Shown here in pieces: positions 20,149-29,945 of a stretch of 64,000 nt of DNA. Numbering within the stretch: position 1 is the first letter of the stretch; each line of letters opens with the position of its first letter. The DNA comes from Candidatus Latescibacterota bacterium (GTDB taxonomy: Bacteria; Latescibacterota; UBA2968; UBA8231). Position numbers and translations under genes: made by a program. The notes under the pieces are model-generated. The model ran no database searches, had not been told where the DNA came from, and saw only the letters and a list, made by a program, of their open reading frames with translations. The stretch covers positions 2,240,001-2,304,000 of the forward strand of contig CBDETY010000003.1 in assembly GCA_965243025.1 (NCBI GenBank). The letters are read 5' to 3'.

Positions 20149-21225
20149 TCAGCGGCGGTACTTGTCGAGTTTCTCCTCGTCGACGGTCACCCCGAGGCCG
20201 GGCTCCATGGGCACGCGGATGCGGCCTCCCTCGAAGCGCAGCGGCTCGACGAGGATGTCGTCGGTCAGTCCGTGATAGCAGGTGTCGCTCGGGCCGGAAA
20301 AGCCCGGAGTGCAGGCGGCGATGTGGGCGACCGCGGCGGTCTTGAGCCCGAAGTCGTGGGCGCAGTGCATCAGGCAGGGGACGTCCCAGGCCGAGGCGGC
20401 CTCGGCCACCTTCTTGACCGCCAGGATGCCCCCGGAGCCGACGGTGTCCGGCATCAGGAAGTCGGCGGCGCCGGCGGTCACCAGGGGGGCGATGCTGGCC
20501 GGATCGGAGATCCCCATGTTGACGAGGATCCCCATGCCGATCTCGCCGCGGAACTTCGCCAGCAGCCCGGTGTGGGCGGCGTCGCAGGGGTCCTCGAAGA
20601 AACGCACCCCGAGGTCGCGCATCTCCCGCATCTGGCGCTCCGCCACCCCGGGGCTGTACCCGGCGTTGGCGTCGGGGCGCAGCACCGCCTCCTCCCCGAC
20701 CTCCTCCTGGATCGCCGCGGCGATGCGCAGGTCCTGTTCAGGGTCGTCGCCCGCCTTCGTCTTGATGAAGCGGAACCCCCACTCCTCGATGTAGGCGCGC
20801 GCGGTCTCGGCCGATGCGGACGGTTCCTTGATCCCCATGCAGGCGCAGAAGTCGGCCTCCTCCCGGACCACCCCGCCGAGCAGGCGGCAGACCGGCAGGC
20901 CGGCGCCCTTGCCGAGGGCGTCCCACTGCGCCATCTCGACCGCGGAGATCTCCCCGTGGCCGGCCCCGGCCTCCGTCAGCCTCGCCACCGCCCCCTGGAC
21001 GTCGGCAACGTGGTGGCCGGCCAGGACGGCGTTGACGTCGAAGGGGAAGGAGTTGATCCCCTCCCCCCAGCCGACCAGGCCGTCATCGGTTTCCAGCTTC
21101 GCGATCAGCCCGGCCGCCCCCTCGGTGGCGCGGTACTCGCCGCCGCGGTGGCGCCCCACGTAGGGGCCGACCGGGGGCTGGTAGGGTATGAACACCTCGG
21201 TCAGGGTGATTCTCGCTATCTGCAT
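20149..21225 (-). CDS. Enolase-superfamily mandelate racemase/muconate lactonising enzyme
   Basis: GWGE, WDALGK, KTK, DAN, EDP and PGLGV motifs. Confidence 0.85.
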   Translation of the reverse strand: MQIARITLTEVFIPYQPPVGPYVGRHRGGEYRATEGAAGLIAKLETDDGLVGWGEGINSFPFDVNAVLAGHHVADVQGAVARLTEAGAGHGEISAVEMAQWDALGKGAGLPVCRLLGGVVREEADFCACMGIKEPSASAETARAYIEEWGFRFIKTKAGDDPEQDLRIAAAIQEEVGEEAVLRPDANAGYSPGVAERQMREMRDLGVRFFEDPCDAAHTGLLAKFRGEIGMGILVNMGISDPASIAPLVTAGAADFLMPDTVGSGGILAVKKVAEAASAWDVPCLMHCAHDFGLKTAAVAHIAACTPGFSGPSDTCYHGLTDDILVEPLRFEGGRIRVPMEPGLGVTVDEEKLDKYRR

Positions 21226-21325
21226 TCGATTTCCTCGTGTCCCGGCTCAGGAGGTTCCCGGGTGAAAGCTGCCGCCGATCCTGGGACTCCCGGCCCCCCC
21301 ATCGGGGCGTTTCATCGAGCCCGGT

Positions 21326-22507
21326 TCAGGCCGGCCCGCAGTAGAGGGCGGCCGCTGCCGCGTACACCCTGGCGGCGTCGGCGAGCCTGCGCATCGACAC
21401 CCACTCGACGTCGGCGTGCGCGGTGTCGTTCGAGGGCCCGTAGTAGAAGGTCGGTATTCCGGTGCCGGCGACATAGAGGTTGGCGTCGCCGACGACGCGT
21501 CGGCCCACCAGCTCCGCGGCGCTTCCCGTCACCCGGCGGTGGGCCGCGGCCACCGCGACGACCGCCGGGTCGTCCCGGGGAGTCTCGAACGGCTCCCGCT
21601 CGTGCTCCATGGCCACGCTCAGCCCGAGGCCGCCCGCCTCGGCGTACGGCCGCGCCATCGCCTCGAGCTCGGCCAGCACCTCGGCGGCGCCCCGGCCGCT
21701 CATCCAGCGGCGGGTCCCGGTCAGGCGGCAGCGCAGCGGCGTGCGGTTGAAGTAGTCGCCGGCCTCGGCGATGCCGAGGTCGATGCGCTCGCTTCCTGCC
21801 AGGGGATGGGTCCGGCCGCCGTCGAGCTCCCGCTGCAGCCGCTCGACGGCGACGATCAGCTCCCCCATGTGGCGGATCGGGTTGTCGGCGAAGTCGACGT
21901 ACTGGGTGTGCCTTCCGCCGAGGGCGGAGGACAGCTCGATGGTAAACACCATGGAGCCCATGCTCATCACCCAGAGCTCGTCCGATCCCTCGACGATGAG
22001 GATGCGGTCCCCGGAAACGCGGCCGCAGTCGATGTCTTCGATCAGGGCCCGCGGACCGTCCTTGCCCGCCTCCGGCTCCTCGTGGCCGACCACCGCGGTC
22101 AGGACCACGTCCCCGGCCAGCGCCGTCCCGGAGTCGCGCAGGGCCTTCGCCGCCCCGAGAATCGAGGCCATCCCCCCCTTCATGTCGGTGGAACCGCGGC
22201 CGTACAGGCGGTCTCCTTCGAGCCGGCACGGGGGACAGCCGCCGACCGCGATGGTGTCGAGGTGCCCGTTGAAGAGCAAAGCCGGCCCGCCGCCGCTGCC
22301 GGGAATGCGCGCGTACAGGTTGTTCCGCCCCGGGGTGACCTCGCGCACGTCGACGTCGAGCCCGAGGCCGCGCATCTGCCGCTCGAACAGGGCGCAGACC
22401 TCCGGTTCGTCCAGGGTCTCGCTCTCGACCTCGACCAGCTCGCGGGTGCGCTCGACGATCCAGTCTTCGTCGACGGCCGAGACCAGGGTGTCGATGTCCG
22501 TCGCCAT
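21326..22507 (-). CDS. M20 family peptidase/deacylase (ArgE/DapE-like)
   Basis: NGHLDT, GRGSTDMKGG, EE and AHADVE motifs. Confidence 0.9.
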   Translation of the reverse strand: MATDIDTLVSAVDEDWIVERTRELVEVESETLDEPEVCALFERQMRGLGLDVDVREVTPGRNNLYARIPGSGGGPALLFNGHLDTIAVGGCPPCRLEGDRLYGRGSTDMKGGMASILGAAKALRDSGTALAGDVVLTAVVGHEEPEAGKDGPRALIEDIDCGRVSGDRILIVEGSDELWVMSMGSMVFTIELSSALGGRHTQYVDFADNPIRHMGELIVAVERLQRELDGGRTHPLAGSERIDLGIAEAGDYFNRTPLRCRLTGTRRWMSGRGAAEVLAELEAMARPYAEAGGLGLSVAMEHEREPFETPRDDPAVVAVAAAHRRVTGSAAELVGRRVVGDANLYVAGTGIPTFYYGPSNDTAHADVEWVSMRRLADAARVYAAAAALYCGPA

Positions 22508-22599
22508 TTTCAGTTTCCTCCGTTGCGTCCGCTACCTGGGCGCCGCGCTGAAATCCCAGGGTGAATTCGGTCGCCGCGACGCCCGTTCCTGTGTATCGA

Positions 22600-23463
22600 T
22601 CACGCTCGCATGCCCAGCAGGGCCTCGACCTCCGGGCCAGGTGGGATCTGGGCGGCCGGGTGCTGGACGACGTTGGCCCCGGCTATGCAGGCCGCCTCGA
22701 GACAGCGCTCCGGCGCCGCCCCGAGCAGGATGCCGGCCGCCAGCACGCCGCTGAAGGCGTCCCCGGCGCCGACCACGTCGGCGACCTCGACCTTCAGGCC
22801 CGGGTGGGAGTGCACCTGGCCCGCGGCGTGGAGGTCGGCGCCCCGCTCCCCCCTGGTAAGGGCGACCGTCTCCAGGCCGTAGCGGTCCATGAGCTCGGGA
22901 ACCGTCGAGACTCCCGAGAGGCCGGCGACGGTCTCGAACTCCTCGTCGGTCAGCTTGAGGATCGTCGTCTCCCGCAGCAGCGGATCGATGAGGTCTTCGG
23001 TGTAATAGCCCTCGCGCAGGTTGACGTCGTAGAAGCGGTGGCGGGGCCCGAGGGCGAGGAGCCGGCCCAGGGTGCGGCGGTTCGCCTCGCGGCGCTGGGC
23101 CACGGTGCCGAAATAGACCAGCTCCGGCACCGGGTCGGGGATGCGCGCCAGGTCGATGTGGTCCCACGCCGAGTCGTTGATCGTGAACTCCGGCTCCCCA
23201 TCGACGATGCGGACGTCGACCGTGCCGGTCGGCTCGGGGCGCTCGATGATCCAGGATGTGTCGACCCCGGCGGCGGCGAGGAACTCCCGGATCTCCGCGC
23301 CCAGCCCGTCGCGGCCGACGGCGCTGACGATGGCGGTGGGGACGCCGAGGGTACCGAGGTACCAGGCGACGTTGAGCGAGCCGCCGCCGATGGCGCGGTG
23401 GTCCTCGAAGAAGTCGACGAGGGTCTCGCCGAAGGAAAAGGCGATGGGCGCGGGAGCCGGCAC
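22600..23463 (-). CDS. PfkB-family carbohydrate kinase
   Basis: FGETLVD, GG..LNVA, DVNLR and DVVGAGDAF motifs. Confidence 0.9.
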   Translation of the reverse strand: MPAPAPIAFSFGETLVDFFEDHRAIGGGSLNVAWYLGTLGVPTAIVSAVGRDGLGAEIREFLAAAGVDTSWIIERPEPTGTVDVRIVDGEPEFTINDSAWDHIDLARIPDPVPELVYFGTVAQRREANRRTLGRLLALGPRHRFYDVNLREGYYTEDLIDPLLRETTILKLTDEEFETVAGLSGVSTVPELMDRYGLETVALTRGERGADLHAAGQVHSHPGLKVEVADVVGAGDAFSGVLAAGILLGAAPERCLEAACIAGANVVQHPAAQIPPGPEVEALLGMRA

Positions 23464-23491
23464 GGGGTTTCAAGTCCTCCGGGGGGAGGTC

Positions 23492-23767
23492 CTACGTCCT
23501 CTCCGTCAGCCTGCCGGACAGGTATTTATGGATTACGCTCGACAACAGCGTCTGATACGGGATGCCCTCCTCACGCGCTCGTGCATGGGCGAGATTGAAG
23601 TCGCGTTCGGTTACCCGCAGGTTGACCCGTCGCGTCTTGTTGAAGGTGTTGCGGGCAGCTTGACGCGCTGTCTCCATCTCACCTTCAACGGCATCGACGC
23701 GGCGCAGCTCGCCTCGCTCGAACTGCTCGAGAATTTCCTGCTCTTCAGTGTTCAGTTGGCCGCTCAC
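23492..23767 (-). CDS. CopG/BrnA-like antitoxin
   Basis: RVNLRV...AREEGIPYQTLLSSVIHKY ribbon-helix-helix motif. Confidence 0.85.
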   Translation of the reverse strand: MSGQLNTEEQEILEQFERGELRRVDAVEGEMETARQAARNTFNKTRRVNLRVTERDFNLAHARAREEGIPYQTLLSSVIHKYLSGRLTERT

Positions 23768-24050
23768 GATGATGCCTCCTCTGATAGTCGCGCGTCGCCT
23801 TCCGGCTGGGGATGATCGTCTTCAGGAACCTCGTGCCGTCAGTACCAATCACGAAAGGGACGAGGTGGAGGTACTGTTCGATGTCCACGACGTAGATCAT
23901 CTGGCCCGGATACCGGTCCTGATCGGGGTGTTCCAACACGTCCACAAGACCGCCTCGCTCGATCGCAGAGACGATGCGCTCGAATGACACTCCCCGCTGC
24001 ACAGCGAGTTGTCGGTTCTTATCCAGGTTCCAATCGAAGGCAGCAGTCAC
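23745..24050 (-). CDS. BrnT-like toxin
   Basis: FDWNLDKNRQL..RGVSFE...FLKTIIPSRKAT; overlaps the antitoxin gene. Confidence 0.85.
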   Translation of the reverse strand: MTAAFDWNLDKNRQLAVQRGVSFERIVSAIERGGLVDVLEHPDQDRYPGQMIYVVDIEQYLHLVPFVIGTDGTRFLKTIIPSRKATRDYQRRHHRERPTEH

Positions 24051-24197
24051 GTTTCCGATCTTCATCCATTGTGTGCATTTTGTCAACAGGCTTGGGTTCC
24101 CGTGGTCCGCATCCCAACCGGGTTATCCGAGGTGGAGCACATTATTCATTATCATTCAGCCGAGGAACGATACCCGAACAGGCGTGGAGGTACAGCA

Positions 24198-25622
24198 ATG
24201 GCGGACGAACGGCTGGCATACGAACCGGCGACCGAGTTGCTCGAGCTGATCGCGGCGAAACAGGTCTCTCCCGTGGCGCTGGCGGAGATGTTTTTCGAGC
24301 GCATCGCCCGCCTCGATCCGCGGATCGACTCCTTCCTCCTGGTGACCCGGGACCTGGCGATGAAGCAAGCCAAGGCCGCGGAGGACGCGGTGATGCGGGG
24401 CGACAGCCTCGGCGCCCTGCACGGCCTGCCCCTTCCAATCAAGGACACGCAGATGACCGCGGGCGTGCGCACGACCATGGGGTCCGTCGTGCACGCGGAC
24501 CGGGTGCCCGAGCGCAACGCCGCCGTGGTCGAGCGCGTCCTGAACGCAGGGGCCGTGATGCTCGGCAAGACCAACGTGCCGGAGTTCGGCATGGTGGGCA
24601 CGTGCGAGAACTCCCTGGGGGTGCTGGGACGCAACCCGTGGGATACCGGGCGGACACCCGGAGGGTCGAGCGGCGGAGCGGCCGCGGCCGTGGCGGCCTG
24701 CCTGTGCCCGGCGGCGACCGGAAGCGACGGAGGTGGGTCGCTGCGCATACCGGCCAACTTCTGCGGGGTCTACGCCATCAAGCCGACGCAGGGCCGGGTG
24801 TCGGGTTACACCGGACTCGGGGGGCCTCCGATGCCGAACATCTTCTCCCAGCCCGGGCCGCTGGCGAGGACGGTGCGGGACGCGGCGCTGCTGCTGCAGG
24901 TCATGGCCGGATTCGACCGGAGGGACCAGGCGTCCATCCGGCAGGCTCCGCCCGACTTCATGGCGGCCACGGAGCGGGATATCGACGGACTCCGGATCGG
25001 CTGGAGCGCCGATTTCGGGTTCGCGCCTGTCTTTCCCGAGGTCGTCGACGTCACCTCCAGGGCGGCGATGGTCTTCGAGAAGCTGGGCTGCGCGGTCGAG
25101 GAGGCCGACATGGTGCTCCCCGAGCCGTACGACTCGTTCGGTCCCATCCAGTCGGCGGGTTCTTACCACAACCTGGCGCAGTACCTCGAAGAGTACGGCG
25201 GCCGCATGACGGAGTTCGCGCGCTTCTATATCGAGATGGGGTCCCGGGTAACGACCGGGGATTACATCCGGGCCGAGGGGCGCATCGCCGAGCTGAAGGC
25301 CACGTTCGACGACGCGTTCGAGAGGTACGACCTCATCATGTCGCCCGTGTCCTGCTTCCCCGCCTTCCCGAACGAGACCTTCCCGGGCAGCATCACGGGG
25401 GAATCGTCGTATCCCGTGCAGTACTGGAACGGGACGTTCACCATGCACGGCAACGCCATCGGCCACCCGGCCGCGTCCGTGCCCGCGGGGTTCTCACCGG
25501 AGGGCCTGCCCGTGGGACTTCAGATTATCGGACGGAAATTCGACGAAGAGACGGTGCTCGCCGCATCCGCGGCGTTCGAGCGCGCGCGGCCGTGGACCGG
25601 GCGGAGGCCGCCCGTGTCCTGA
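24198..25622 (+). CDS. Amidase signature family enzyme
   Basis: IKD, GGSSGG and GSDGGGSLRIPA motifs; GGAGG RBS. Confidence 0.92.
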   Translation: MADERLAYEPATELLELIAAKQVSPVALAEMFFERIARLDPRIDSFLLVTRDLAMKQAKAAEDAVMRGDSLGALHGLPLPIKDTQMTAGVRTTMGSVVHADRVPERNAAVVERVLNAGAVMLGKTNVPEFGMVGTCENSLGVLGRNPWDTGRTPGGSSGGAAAAVAACLCPAATGSDGGGSLRIPANFCGVYAIKPTQGRVSGYTGLGGPPMPNIFSQPGPLARTVRDAALLLQVMAGFDRRDQASIRQAPPDFMAATERDIDGLRIGWSADFGFAPVFPEVVDVTSRAAMVFEKLGCAVEEADMVLPEPYDSFGPIQSAGSYHNLAQYLEEYGGRMTEFARFYIEMGSRVTTGDYIRAEGRIAELKATFDDAFERYDLIMSPVSCFPAFPNETFPGSITGESSYPVQYWNGTFTMHGNAIGHPAASVPAGFSPEGLPVGLQIIGRKFDEETVLAASAAFERARPWTGRRPPVS

Positions 25623-25821
25623 GGCTCAGAACGCCAGTCCAGACATTGACTGAGGATTTTCCAGACGCCATAAATCCGGCTCCGCTTGTGCACGTCCCCC
25701 CTGGGCTCGTAGCGAATTCCGTTCCCCTTGAACCGCACCTGCCCGTCCTCCTCGAGGATCCTGCGACGGCTTTCCGCTTCCGTCTCCACGTCCGGACTTT
25801 CTTCCGCCAATCCCCCGCCGA

Positions 25822-26862
25822 TCAGTTCGGATCCTCTGGTTCGGAACCGCATGAGGACGACTGGCTGGCGGATACGATGACCTTGGGGGCCGTGCCGGGC
25901 ACCGGGTAAGGCTCAATTGTCCCCACACCGCAGGACCACCGGCTACCCGATGCGGCGACCTTGGGGGCTGTGCCGGGAACCCGGTAGTACTCAGCACCGG
26001 AGGGGTCCACCTTGTAGCCGAGATCGGCGAAGGCCTGTACGGTAACGGCGCTGAGGACCCGGCGGACACCGGGCTCTCTTCCGAGGGTCATGATCTCGTT
26101 GCCGAAAACGGACTTTCGCCAGTGGGAGTCCCGGCCGATCCCCATGTGCTCGACGGGTACGCCTTCCCTGTCGTACGTGCCTCCGGCCTCCTCAAACGCC
26201 TGAAGTGCCTGACGGCCGGTGAAATGGGTTTCTTCCCCGGGAGTACACCAGGATGGAAGGGCCAGCATGTTTTCCCAGGGCGGGCGGGACGCCCCAAAGC
26301 CCAACACATGGCCCAGCTCGTGAATCATGGCGTCTCTGCCCAGGTCGTAGCTTTCCTCGAACACCCGGTCATTCAGGACCACACCGCCAATGAGGGGGAC
26401 ACGAGTGTCGCCGCCCCGGGTCATTATAGCGCCACCGTAACCGTAAATTCCCTCGGGCAACGAAGCCAAGGTCACGTACACGAGCACGTCATCGAGGATT
26501 CCACCGAAGTAAATCCGCTCGAACCATTCATCCCACCCGCATTGCGGCCACCACTCCTCCTCATTCGTATCGAATGGGTATTCTTCGAAGTGAAAATCAA
26601 TCACGTCAGTCGTTATGATGCTCTCCCACGTGGCCGCCGCCTCCTCGATCACACGACGCTGTTTTGGTGAGAATTGATGCCCGGAGGTATGACGCTGCTT
26701 GGCGAAGGGTCCAGGATCGGACACGAAAACCAGGTCGATGTTGAATCCGGGCCTGGGAGAAGGATCGAACAGCTCAGGCTCAATGGAGTTTGTCGGTGTG
26801 CGGTTGCAACCGGCTGAAACCAGAATCACTGCGACGAACGACAGAATCAGAGCGGTTTTCAT
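25822..26862 (-). CDS. Leishmanolysin-like (M8) zinc metallopeptidase lipoprotein
   Basis: Lipobox SAGC; HELGHVLGF...SHW...EIMT motifs. Confidence 0.75.
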   Translation of the reverse strand: MKTALILSFVAVILVSAGCNRTPTNSIEPELFDPSPRPGFNIDLVFVSDPGPFAKQRHTSGHQFSPKQRRVIEEAAATWESIITTDVIDFHFEEYPFDTNEEEWWPQCGWDEWFERIYFGGILDDVLVYVTLASLPEGIYGYGGAIMTRGGDTRVPLIGGVVLNDRVFEESYDLGRDAMIHELGHVLGFGASRPPWENMLALPSWCTPGEETHFTGRQALQAFEEAGGTYDREGVPVEHMGIGRDSHWRKSVFGNEIMTLGREPGVRRVLSAVTVQAFADLGYKVDPSGAEYYRVPGTAPKVAASGSRWSCGVGTIEPYPVPGTAPKVIVSASQSSSCGSEPEDPN

Positions 26863-27271
26863 GGCAGCACCTCGTAAAGGCCGATCGAGCCCCGAGAAAG
26901 GATACGGAACTCCGGCTCATAAGCTTATGGTTCCGGTGATGGGACCGTGGCCTTGATCCGGCCCCAGGTTTCGGCCTCCACGGCCGTCTGACCCGGGCCC
27001 AGCAGGCACGGTATTCTCCAAGGAGACAAAGCTCCTTCTGAGCACCCCTCCATGGTCTTGTTGACTATTACGGTCTTTGGCCTTGCCCCGTGAACGATGC
27101 AAACATCACCTGCGAGTTCCCGAGTATTCGATCGATTCAACAATAGATCCCCCATCCTTGATCTCAACCCCCCTTGGAACCTCCATGGAAGGGGGACCGG
27201 TTTTACCGCAGTACAATCAATATAACCGGCTGATCCTGAGAACACCTGCGGTTATCGTCGGGGGACAAATG

Positions 27272-28378
27272 TTACCGGCAGCGCTCCTCGAACACCCTGA
27301 CCCCGGTGCGCACCGTCGTCAGGGCCAGCTCCACCCGCTGCGCGAACGCGCCGTACATCCCCATCTCGGTGCCGAACGCCATGCCGTGCCGGCGCGAGGC
27401 GTAGTCCATCAGGTTGAGGCCCTCCCCGCGCCTGGTGGCGTCGAGCCAGAAGACCGCCTGCTGCGAGCTCGTGAACCACTTCGACGGGGCGTCCCCCGCC
27501 TCGGCGAGGGTGACCCCGGTGGCGGCGATCTCGCCGATGATCTCGCGCGCCGCCCGCTCCTCCCAGCGCTGGCTCTCCGCGTCCGGCAGCGCCCGCGCCG
27601 ACAGCCAGAAGCGGTCCTCCATCAGCGAGGATTCGTGCAGGTCGAAGCTGATCCCGGGCTCGATCTCCTCCATGAGGCGGCGCGTCACCCGCGGCTCCAC
27701 CGGCGCCCAGGCGGTGTCGTGGAAGCGGTTGATGTGCAGGATCTCGCCGTCGAAGCCGATGATCAGGGTGTAGGCGCGCCCGAAGTCCCCGGTCCCTTCG
27801 ACCCCGGGCTCGCCGGGGTTCATGTACACGCGGCGGCCGTACACCGGCTCGAGGATCCCCGGCTCCTCCCTGAACAGCCGCTGCAGCCGATGGAAGAAGT
27901 AGATCTGCGTGCAGGCCCGTTCCGGCTGCGGGCGGCTCAGGGTGTATCCGTACTCGCCGATCAGCACGAGGAGGAGGTCGTCCTCCTCGAACAGGACGTC
28001 CCCCTGTTCCCGCAGCAGGGACTCGAGCTCGTCGTAGGAGCCGAACTCCGGTGGTTCCCCGAGCCCGAGGGAGAGGGCGTGGGCGAAGCCGTTGAGGCCG
28101 ACCGGGTCGCGGGTCGGGATCACGTACACGGCGTGCTCGGTGTCGAGCCGGTCGATCAGCTCGACCGCGGCGCTGACCCCGGCGTGCTCGGTCGAGTGGC
28201 TGCCCGCGGTGATGAAGACGGCCGGCGCCTTGTTTCCTCCGCCGCGGGCCGCTACCAGGGGGGAGCCGTCGAGGGTGTGGCCGAGGGTGCGCACCTGCCG
28301 GCTGCGGCGCGTCACCTCGTCGAGGAGTTCTTCGTATTTCCAGTAAACCTTGTTATATTCGGTCTTAAGTGGTTTCAT
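27272..28378 (-). CDS. M14-family carboxypeptidase/desuccinylase-like protein; integration target with an element-supplied N-terminus
   Basis: GSHSTE (HxxE), INRF and DLHE motifs; the att core lies in codons YWKY. Confidence 0.8.
   Translation of the reverse strand: MKPLKTEYNKVYWKYEELLDEVTRRSRQVRTLGHTLDGSPLVAARGGGNKAPAVFITAGSHSTEHAGVSAAVELIDRLDTEHAVYVIPTRDPVGLNGFAHALSLGLGEPPEFGSYDELESLLREQGDVLFEEDDLLLVLIGEYGYTLSRPQPERACTQIYFFHRLQRLFREEPGILEPVYGRRVYMNPGEPGVEGTGDFGRAYTLIIGFDGEILHINRFHDTAWAPVEPRVTRRLMEEIEPGISFDLHESSLMEDRFWLSARALPDAESQRWEERAAREIIGEIAATGVTLAEAGDAPSKWFTSSQQAVFWLDATRRGEGLNLMDYASRRHGMAFGTEMGMYGAFAQRVELALTTVRTGVRVFEERCR
28335..28345. repeat. attL core TATTTCCAGTA
   Basis: Identical to 38467-38477; sits at the GC boundary. 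Confidence 0.85.
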
Positions 28379-28458
28379 AGGGAAAAAGCTCCATTTAGGG
28401 TAGTCTCTAAGATAGAATATCTTTTGGGATTATCTATAAGAACAACCAAAGTTAAAAC

Positions 28459-29358
28459 ATGGAAAAATCCGAAATCCGCCGAATCGTCGAGGGTCGAATC
28501 TCCCCCCATACTCGCAAGCAGTACGGATACTGCCTTGCTCGAATTGGCCGGGAAATCGACACAGACGAGGGATTATGTGAATACATCGAAGAGAAATTCC
28601 GGGAAGGGAAAGCACCCGGCTCGATACAGAATATCCTCAATGCGGTTCGTTGGGATTGCGAGAGAAACGGGAAACCGTCTCCCGTAGGTCCCCTAACAAG
28701 AGCCCGAATAAAGGCGATGAGACGGGAAGGACGCAACCGAGGCAGAGGGCAGGCAAAGGGGGTTCAGTGGCAACAAGCTGCGGAGGTTGCGGCAATGGCG
28801 GAACGGGACACCTCTCTTGTCGGTTTGCGGGATGCTGCCATGATTGCCGTTCAATCCGATGGACTCTTACGGGTTAGTGAGGTGGCGAAAATCCGAGTCG
28901 AGGACGTGCAGTTTGGAGAGGACGGAACCGCCACCCTCCGTATTCCCTACTCGAAGACAGACCAAGACGGCAGAGATTGCCCGGAATTATTCCTTGGCTA
29001 TCCTACTGCCAGCCGAATACGTGCTTGGTTGGGTGCTTCAGGGATTCAGGAAGGACCATTGTTCCGAAGAGTCCATATCGGGGCAAAGCGAACCGGAACG
29101 AGAATCGCCGATGGAGAGATGAGTACAGAAGGAGTGCGGGGAATTCTCAAGCGACGTTGCAAGGCTGCCGGAATTGAGGGAATTTCTGGCCATTCCTTCA
29201 GGGTAGGAAGCGCGCAATCCTTGGCGGTTATGGGAGCGAGCTTGATTGAGATGCAACAGGCTGGCCGATGGACAAGCCCCGAGATGCCGTATCACTACAG
29301 CAAAAAACAGCTTGCCGCAAAAGGTGCCGTTGCCCGCCTCAGATACGGGCAGCAATAA
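28459..29358 (+). CDS. int: Tyrosine recombinase/integrase, Cre-like
   Basis: LRDAAMI..GLLRVSE, SKTDQ, GHSFRVG and GRW..MPYHY catalytic motifs. Confidence 0.92.
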   Translation: MEKSEIRRIVEGRISPHTRKQYGYCLARIGREIDTDEGLCEYIEEKFREGKAPGSIQNILNAVRWDCERNGKPSPVGPLTRARIKAMRREGRNRGRGQAKGVQWQQAAEVAAMAERDTSLVGLRDAAMIAVQSDGLLRVSEVAKIRVEDVQFGEDGTATLRIPYSKTDQDGRDCPELFLGYPTASRIRAWLGASGIQEGPLFRRVHIGAKRTGTRIADGEMSTEGVRGILKRRCKAAGIEGISGHSFRVGSAQSLAVMGASLIEMQQAGRWTSPEMPYHYSKKQLAAKGAVARLRYGQQ

Positions 29359-29393
29359 AGCCCCCGGGAGGCGATTTCCTGGGGGGCTTTATT
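29354..29393. terminator. Bidirectional intrinsic terminator
   Basis: AATAAAGCCCCC...GGGGGCTTTATT hairpin between convergent genes. Confidence 0.8.
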
Positions 29394-29421
29394 GTCTATT
29401 TTCTGGTTTTGTCTGGCCCTC

Positions 29422-29832
29422 TCAATTTCCTGCCATATCCAGAACACCAACAAAGGCCACTACTCCCAAGAAGCCATACCACAACCGACTCGACCTTTTC
29501 CTCTTTCTCGTCCCTTCCTTGTAGCTCATGGCGAAAGCTTTCTTGTATATTTCGCTTTCGCCTTCCTGGGATAGTTGGAGCTTTTGGGGAACATTATCTC
29601 CCCGTGTCATCCACCACTGGGGGATGACCCAGATTGTTCCTCCCACGATTCCGGATGCAAATCCCGCACCCACAGCCACCAGCCTGGTTTTCGCCATGCT
29701 GGCCTCATGTGCGGCCACCTCTCCTTCAATTTTTCCGTCAATGGCCCCTTTCTTGGTCACGACCACGACGGTATCCTGAGTAGCCCCCACGGAGCCCGCC
29801 AACAGGCATACGAACAGCAGCAATTTTCCCAT
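29422..29832 (-). CDS. Accessory membrane/exported protein
   Basis: AGGAGAGG RBS; signal-like MGKLLLFVCLLAGSVGA; two further hydrophobic segments. Confidence 0.65.
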   Translation of the reverse strand: MGKLLLFVCLLAGSVGATQDTVVVVTKKGAIDGKIEGEVAAHEASMAKTRLVAVGAGFASGIVGGTIWVIPQWWMTRGDNVPQKLQLSQEGESEIYKKAFAMSYKEGTRKRKRSSRLWYGFLGVVAFVGVLDMAGN

Positions 29833-29945
29833 GTCCCTCTCCTTTTCGATGGGTGAGGTGGGAAAGTAATGAGAATCTAACCGATGATGCCAGGGCGGGC
29901 GCAATAGCTCGGGGATGAAGGCGGCGGCTATTGGGAGCTATTTCC

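Noticed and set aside
24198-25622. Assigning the gatA symbol
   Set aside because: No gatB/gatC nearby; generic amidase
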